Source of the DNA: an uncultured Nitrospiraceae bacterium | Lineage (GTDB): Bacteria; Nitrospirota; Nitrospiria; Nitrospirales; Nitrospiraceae | DNA: 64,000 bases | Direction: 5' to 3' | Assembly (NCBI GenBank): GCA_963846575.1 | Contig: CAWJWJ010000001.1 | Location: 1 to 64,000, forward strand | In this document: in pieces, positions 58,925 to 64,000 of the stretch | Layout of the letters: every line of letters starts with the position of its first letter | Position numbering within the stretch: position 1 is the stretch's first letter | Notes under the pieces: model-generated | Databases searched by the model: none | Seen by the model: only the letters and a program-made list of their open reading frames with translations | What the model was told of the DNA's origin: nothing | Position numbers and translations under genes: made by a program

Positions 58925-59809
58925 ATGGTGAATCTCTTTTCCCGACCTCCGAAATCCGACGGCGTATTGATCACCGGCGCCTCCACCGGCATCGGCGCCG
59001 CCTGTGCCCTCGCGCTCGACACACTCGGATACCGGGTCTTCGCGGGCGTCCGCAATCCGGCGGACGGGGAGCAACTCCAGCGACAAGCCGGTCCACGCCT
59101 CATGCCGATTCGCCTCGATGTCACCGACCAAGCCTCCATCTCCGCCGCGAACCATACCGTGACGGCCATGATGGGCGACTACGGTCTGGCCGGATTGATC
59201 AACAACGCGGGTATCGGCGTCGCCGGTCCCATCGAGGCGCTGCCCCTCGCTGACTGGCGGCGGCAATTCGAAGTGAATGTCTTCGGGCTCATCGCCGCGA
59301 CCCAGACATTTCTTCCGTTGATCCGCAAAGGCCGGGGACGCATCATCAACATGGGATCGATTGCCGGCCGCGCCAGCATGCCCTTCATGGCCCCCTATGC
59401 CGCATCAAAACATGCCCTGGTCGCCATTACCGATGCGCTCCGCATCGAACTGCAACCATGGGGAATCCGCGTGGCGCTCATCGAGCCGGGAGCCATCGCC
59501 ACGCCCATTTGGAGAAAGACCCGGAACGAGGTGGACAAGTGGGACGCGTCCTGGAACCACGGCCTCAAAACGATGTATCAAGAAGGGTTCACCCGGGTCA
59601 AAGAAGCGGCCACGGCTGCCGGAGAACAGGCACAGCCGGCGAAACTCGTCGCCGACGCCGTAATCCATGCGCTGAGGTCCCGGTGGCCGAAACCCCGCTA
59701 CCTGCTGGGCTCGGATGCGGCCATCCGCGCCTATCTCTCCCTGCTGCTCCCGTCCCGTCTGAACGACTGGCTCGTCACCACGATCGTGGACCTGCCGCGG
59801 CGTCGTTGA
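58925..59809 (+). CDS. Short-chain dehydrogenase/reductase (RDH/BDH-like)
   Basis: TGASTGIG, NNAG, YAASK, IEPG. Confidence 0.9.
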   Translation: MVNLFSRPPKSDGVLITGASTGIGAACALALDTLGYRVFAGVRNPADGEQLQRQAGPRLMPIRLDVTDQASISAANHTVTAMMGDYGLAGLINNAGIGVAGPIEALPLADWRRQFEVNVFGLIAATQTFLPLIRKGRGRIINMGSIAGRASMPFMAPYAASKHALVAITDALRIELQPWGIRVALIEPGAIATPIWRKTRNEVDKWDASWNHGLKTMYQEGFTRVKEAATAAGEQAQPAKLVADAVIHALRSRWPKPRYLLGSDAAIRAYLSLLLPSRLNDWLVTTIVDLPRRR

Positions 59810-59813
59810 CAGT

Positions 59814-60602
59814 TCACCGGCTTGTCACTCGCACCATATCGATCACCTGTCCCTGCCCGTCGAGATAGACCGATACCAGTTCGTTGGGAGCCAGCTGCTC
59901 GATGGCGGGCTGGAGCAACGGCCGCACAGGAAAGGTCTGAATCTTATCGAGCTCCATACGAAGACGAACGCGGCCGTCTCCGATGGTCACGAACGCGCCT
60001 TCCACATGTCCTTCCGGAGCTGCCGGCGATGAGCCGGCCGCCAGCTCGCGCGGTTTCCCCAACGAAAAGACATCGACCAGGAGATAGGCTCGATCCACGG
60101 CGAAATCGGCCGTTTCGCCAACTTCCAAGGCGGCTAGTTTTTCCAAAGCTACCGTGCGCGCATAAAACCCGACATCGCGGCCGGTATCGAGGCGAATCGT
60201 CACGCGCTCCTTCTGCGGGTTAAAGGGCTTACCCAGGGCACCCCGAAAGACTTTCGTCGGCGAAGTTCGGGCGGGACGCTGGTAGGTCACAATCTCATCA
60301 CGATCATTCACCATGATCTCGACCGCCCCCCCGACTTGGAGGCCGCGGGCCTCGTCTCCTCCGGCTTCGATCGAGAGGTACCGGGGAGTTTGTTCAGCCG
60401 TGGCAACTTCCACGCGGTCGCCTGACATGCTGCGGATGGTCCCCTTGACGAGCCTGGCACTGGGCAGAATTCCCGGCACCGGTTTCAATTCCTCAATGCT
60501 GAGTCCATGAATCAACGCGGCCGAGCTCCCGCAGCCCGCGAGAGCGCCGGCCATGATGATCACGCCGGTTAGTACACAACGTGCCGCTCCTGTCCTACGC
60601 AT
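59814..60602 (-). CDS. Hypothetical lipoprotein with three small beta-domain repeats
   Basis: LAGC lipobox, GGAGG RBS, three similar ~60-aa units. Confidence 0.7.
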   Translation of the reverse strand: MRRTGAARCVLTGVIIMAGALAGCGSSAALIHGLSIEELKPVPGILPSARLVKGTIRSMSGDRVEVATAEQTPRYLSIEAGGDEARGLQVGGAVEIMVNDRDEIVTYQRPARTSPTKVFRGALGKPFNPQKERVTIRLDTGRDVGFYARTVALEKLAALEVGETADFAVDRAYLLVDVFSLGKPRELAAGSSPAAPEGHVEGAFVTIGDGRVRLRMELDKIQTFPVRPLLQPAIEQLAPNELVSVYLDGQGQVIDMVRVTSR

Positions 60603-60963
60603 CGTGCCTCCAATTCTCTATGGTCCGATGATAAAACAAACCGCCCGGCCGAGGCGAGAGTCCATCCATCGAGCCTCGCCCGAGGATCGCCGGCAGCCCG
60701 GGCCGACCCGAACTTCACGGGGACCGTGATTAATCGCATGGCGCGGCCCCGCGCATGGAATGTCTCGAATGGATCAACATCGTGTTGTTCGCCATGTCCA
60801 TTGGCCTTTCGTTCCTTCCCTCGGTCGGCCATATGACTGCTGCCCGTCGTCCGGCCCAGGCCCGGCCGGGGAACCATCCCGCCGGATCCGCCCCGGACTA
60901 GGCATCCGGGGCCGGCTGTGCTAGAAGACTGGGCTGCTGAAGACAACTCTCATCTCCAAACCG

Positions 60964-62163
60964 ATGCCTCATTCGCTCATGACCAGATTATGCCGCCGCA
61001 GTATCGGCCTGCTCTTCGTCCTGAGTTTGACTGGCTGCCTGTCTCCTCCCACCCTGAACCGCGCCGTGCTCGCCTATGATGACGCCATTAACGACGCGAT
61101 CTCGAAGCAACTCCTGATCAATATCGCCCGGGCACACCATCACGAGCCCATTCACTTCACCGGCGTGGCCAACGTCGCGGCCACCTTTGATTTCCGGATC
61201 AACGCCGGCGCGACCCCGGCGCTCAGCGGCGAACATGGCCGGACGCTGGTGCCCCTCTTCGGAGGCTCCATCGCCGAAAATCCTACGATCAGCATCACGC
61301 CGATCGAAGGCGAAGAATTCACCAAACGTCTCCTGACGCCGTTTCAAGAAAGCAAATTGACCTTGCTCCTCCGGCAGGGAGTCGATATCGATTTGCTGCT
61401 GCGACTGATGGCGAAAGAGCTTCGTCTGCAGAATGGCGGAGAAGCGGTGGCCTATCGCAACAGTCCCGGCGACCCTGTGGGGTACGACATGTTCCGCAAA
61501 GTTGCGCTTCATTTGTCGGCGATCCAAGATGCCAACCACCTGTATGCGGAGGCTCTGACGTTCGAACGCACCTGGACGATCCCGGCGGAGTCCGTCACCG
61601 CAGAAGGCTTTGTGGCGCTCGAGCAGCAATACCTCGTCAGCTATCAACCGGACCGGCGCACCTACACGTTACGCAAGCCGATGGTCGGGCGCATCCTCAT
61701 TACCAACTATGATCCCTCAACCCTTCCGGAACTGGAGCGTATCCGCCTGCACGAACTCGCGGATCAGGAACCGGTGAACAATGTCTCCTTCGACATTCGA
61801 CCCGGACATTACGGCGGGGATTGGGCGCTCGATGGCGACTTCAGGTTGCGAAGTTTCAATGCGATGTTGAATTTCCTCGGGCAGTCGCTCGATGAGGACC
61901 GAGAATACGTCGTGGAGAAAGACCCGCGCACGCCGCCGGTCGCTGAGAACCCGGTAAAGACCATGGACCTGCTCCTGCTGGACCGGGCTCCTGCCGACTC
62001 GGACCTGGCCGCAAAATCCCACGGTCTCTATTACGCGATCAACGCGACCGGGCCACAGGCGCGCTGGAACCGCGAAGCGTTCAAACTGCTTTCCCAATTA
62101 TTTCAAATGACCGTCACCGACATCCCGCGGACCGGCGTGCCCAGCATTACGATCGCGAAATGA
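60964..62163 (+). CDS. Hypothetical lipoprotein
   Basis: LTGC lipobox; QLLINIARA, ENPTISITP. Confidence 0.75.
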   Translation: MPHSLMTRLCRRSIGLLFVLSLTGCLSPPTLNRAVLAYDDAINDAISKQLLINIARAHHHEPIHFTGVANVAATFDFRINAGATPALSGEHGRTLVPLFGGSIAENPTISITPIEGEEFTKRLLTPFQESKLTLLLRQGVDIDLLLRLMAKELRLQNGGEAVAYRNSPGDPVGYDMFRKVALHLSAIQDANHLYAEALTFERTWTIPAESVTAEGFVALEQQYLVSYQPDRRTYTLRKPMVGRILITNYDPSTLPELERIRLHELADQEPVNNVSFDIRPGHYGGDWALDGDFRLRSFNAMLNFLGQSLDEDREYVVEKDPRTPPVAENPVKTMDLLLLDRAPADSDLAAKSHGLYYAINATGPQARWNREAFKLLSQLFQMTVTDIPRTGVPSITIAK

Positions 62164-62316
62164 TCCGCGCCTCGCACGACTCACCGCGTGATTTTTCCCG
62201 GTTTCGTCCCTTGCAACTCCACGGCGGTTTCAATTAGGGTGGGGCCTGATCGAACAGATCGCGGCAACCAGCCTTACGTAGCCGTTGCAGGCCCATCTGT
62301 ACTCCGATTCACATCC

Positions 62317-63342
62317 ATGCAACGCGATCGTCTTTACCAGTCCCCGCCCTGGCGGTGGGTCACGCTTATCCTTACCATCTGGCTCTCGACGCCGTGCTGG
62401 GCGGACGAAGTGTATATGCAGAACGGCGACCGGCTCACCGGCACGATCGAAAAGTTGGAAGAGAAGGTTCTGATCCTGCATACGGAGTACGGCAACACCA
62501 TCAGGATCGACTGGACCAAAGTAAAACGGGTGACGTCAGACAGCCCGCTGAAGGTGTTGGTGCCGGACCAATCCCGCGACGTAGTCCGGGATTTCTTTTA
62601 CGGCGCGAACGGCCTCAAACAGGTTACGGAATTGGGACCGGATACGCCGATATCCCTGGCGGACGTCACCGCCATCAATCTCGAACCGGTCCGAATGACA
62701 GGTACGGTCACGATTGGGGGAAACAGCACCTCCGGCAACAGCAGCACCAAAGCCGTCAACGCCGCGACCCGCATGACCATCTTTGCCTACCGGCAACGGC
62801 TGCTGATCGAAGGTAAATACAATTATGGTCAAGCCGGAGATCAGATCACGGCCAGAAATTCCATGGCGAGTCTGAAACACAATTATTTCCTGACTCAGAA
62901 AATTTTCATCGAAACGTTCGGCATGCTCGAAAAGGACACCCTGCAGCGGTTGCAACTCCGGAGTACGGTCGGAAGCGGCTTGGGTTACCAGTTCTACGAG
63001 AGTCCCCGCACGACCCTCTCGCTCTCCGTGGGTCTGGCCCATGTCAGCGAGCATTACTCGACCGCTCCGAATACCCAAACTCCATCCGGGCGCTGGAGCT
63101 TGCGGTGGGAACATGCGCTCCTGCCCGACCGGATCAAGGTCTTCCACCGGCACGAAGGGTATTGGGACGTCAATGCCGGCAATGCCTTCCGATTCAACGC
63201 GGACCAGGGCATCCGTATCACCGTCTACAAGAACCTCTTCTTCAACGTCGAATATGACCTTCGCTTGAACACCCAACCGGCTCCGGGACGGAAAACCACC
63301 GACGAGTCGGTTATTTTCGGCGTGGGGTATGAACTCAAATAG
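62317..63342 (+). CDS. DUF481-like outer-membrane beta-barrel protein
   Basis: Signal peptide, DEVYMQNGDRLTG, GSGLGYQF, C-terminal FGVGYELK. Confidence 0.8.
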   Translation: MQRDRLYQSPPWRWVTLILTIWLSTPCWADEVYMQNGDRLTGTIEKLEEKVLILHTEYGNTIRIDWTKVKRVTSDSPLKVLVPDQSRDVVRDFFYGANGLKQVTELGPDTPISLADVTAINLEPVRMTGTVTIGGNSTSGNSSTKAVNAATRMTIFAYRQRLLIEGKYNYGQAGDQITARNSMASLKHNYFLTQKIFIETFGMLEKDTLQRLQLRSTVGSGLGYQFYESPRTTLSLSVGLAHVSEHYSTAPNTQTPSGRWSLRWEHALLPDRIKVFHRHEGYWDVNAGNAFRFNADQGIRITVYKNLFFNVEYDLRLNTQPAPGRKTTDESVIFGVGYELK

Positions 63343-63360
63343 ACGCGGGGGAGCCGCCGG

Positions 63361-64000
63361 TCAGGTCGCGCCGGACGCCGCGGCCCGACCCGCCAGCCGG
63401 CCGGTCGCCCACGCCCATTGAAAATTGAATCCGCCGATCCGGCCGTCGCAATCCAGCACCTCACCGACCACGTACAATCCCGGCACCAGCTTGGATTCCA
63501 TCGTGCGGAAATTGATCTCCTCCAACGGAAGTCCTCCGGCCGTGACTTCCGCAAAGTTCCACCCTCGATCGTGCAGGACGGGAAACCGGAAGCCTGTGAG
63601 CCCCTTGATGAGACGATCACGAACAGATCGTGACACCTGTGCGCTGGCCTGCAAGGGGTCGCCACCGGCGTGGCGGCAGAGAGCGTCGCCCAGCCGTTCT
63701 GGCACCAGCTCGGCCAGTTGCTTCAATACCGACCGGCGCGGATGAGAGGCACTTTGAGCCAGAAACCAGGCGCGCGCCCGCTCCGCGGTCAGGCCGGGCG
63801 AAAAATTTCCATACACCTCGACGGCTTCTCCCCGGCTCTGCGCGAGACTCCAAAACCGGCTGGCATCCATGACCACCGGCCCGCTGATCCCGAAGTGGGT
63901 CCACAGGAGGCTGCCGGTCCGGCGATCAGCCACACGACCCTGCACGAGCGTTTGCACCTCGACCTCGTGCGAAAGCCCCGACAGCTCCCCATGAAAGCAG
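63361..64000 (-). CDS. HI0933/BaiN family flavoprotein, 5'-truncated by window
   Basis: THFGISGP, AEVTAGG, MESKLVPGLY..GEVLDCDGRIGGFNFQWAW. Confidence 0.9.
   Translation of the reverse strand, partial: CFHGELSGLSHEVEVQTLVQGRVADRRTGSLLWTHFGISGPVVMDASRFWSLAQSRGEAVEVYGNFSPGLTAERARAWFLAQSASHPRRSVLKQLAELVPERLGDALCRHAGGDPLQASAQVSRSVRDRLIKGLTGFRFPVLHDRGWNFAEVTAGGLPLEEINFRTMESKLVPGLYVVGEVLDCDGRIGGFNFQWAWATGRLAGRAAASGAT

Overview
A GC-rich bacterial chromosome segment. The gene set and protein style suggest Nitrospira or a relative, which is an inference and not tested. The first ~6.5 kb is the right-hand part of an integrated filamentous (inovirus-like) prophage. It carries a rolling-circle Rep, an ssDNA-binding protein, pIII/pVI-like minor coat genes, a Zot/pI ATPase, two paralogous major-coat-like genes, a reverse-oriented RadC/JAB gene behind a long hairpin, an excisionase and a tyrosine integrase, and it ends at the 3' end of tRNA-Lys(UUU). 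This part is full of single-base indels, most likely sequencing or assembly errors, so its genes were reconstructed across frames by eye. The rest is host chromosome: purA (with a leader terminator), tRNA-Ala, an ABC-F ATPase, rarA, a nuoF-like/ferredoxin/erpA/queD/folE run, mdh, a NorD/CbbO plus NorQ/CbbQ pair with no visible client, a ferredoxin:thioredoxin reductase subunit, and a hybrid kinase. It also has an unusual enzyme cluster (YkgJ-DUF2156 fusion, ATP-grasp, glutaredoxin, KamA, dCTP deaminase, TIGR04283/04282-like glycosyltransferases, SDR), a sigma-54-driven kinase/heme-c signalling operon, a PBP1B-bactofilin pair, and assorted envelope and housekeeping genes. No CRISPR array or rRNA was seen. 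Family names come from motif recognition, not from database searches.
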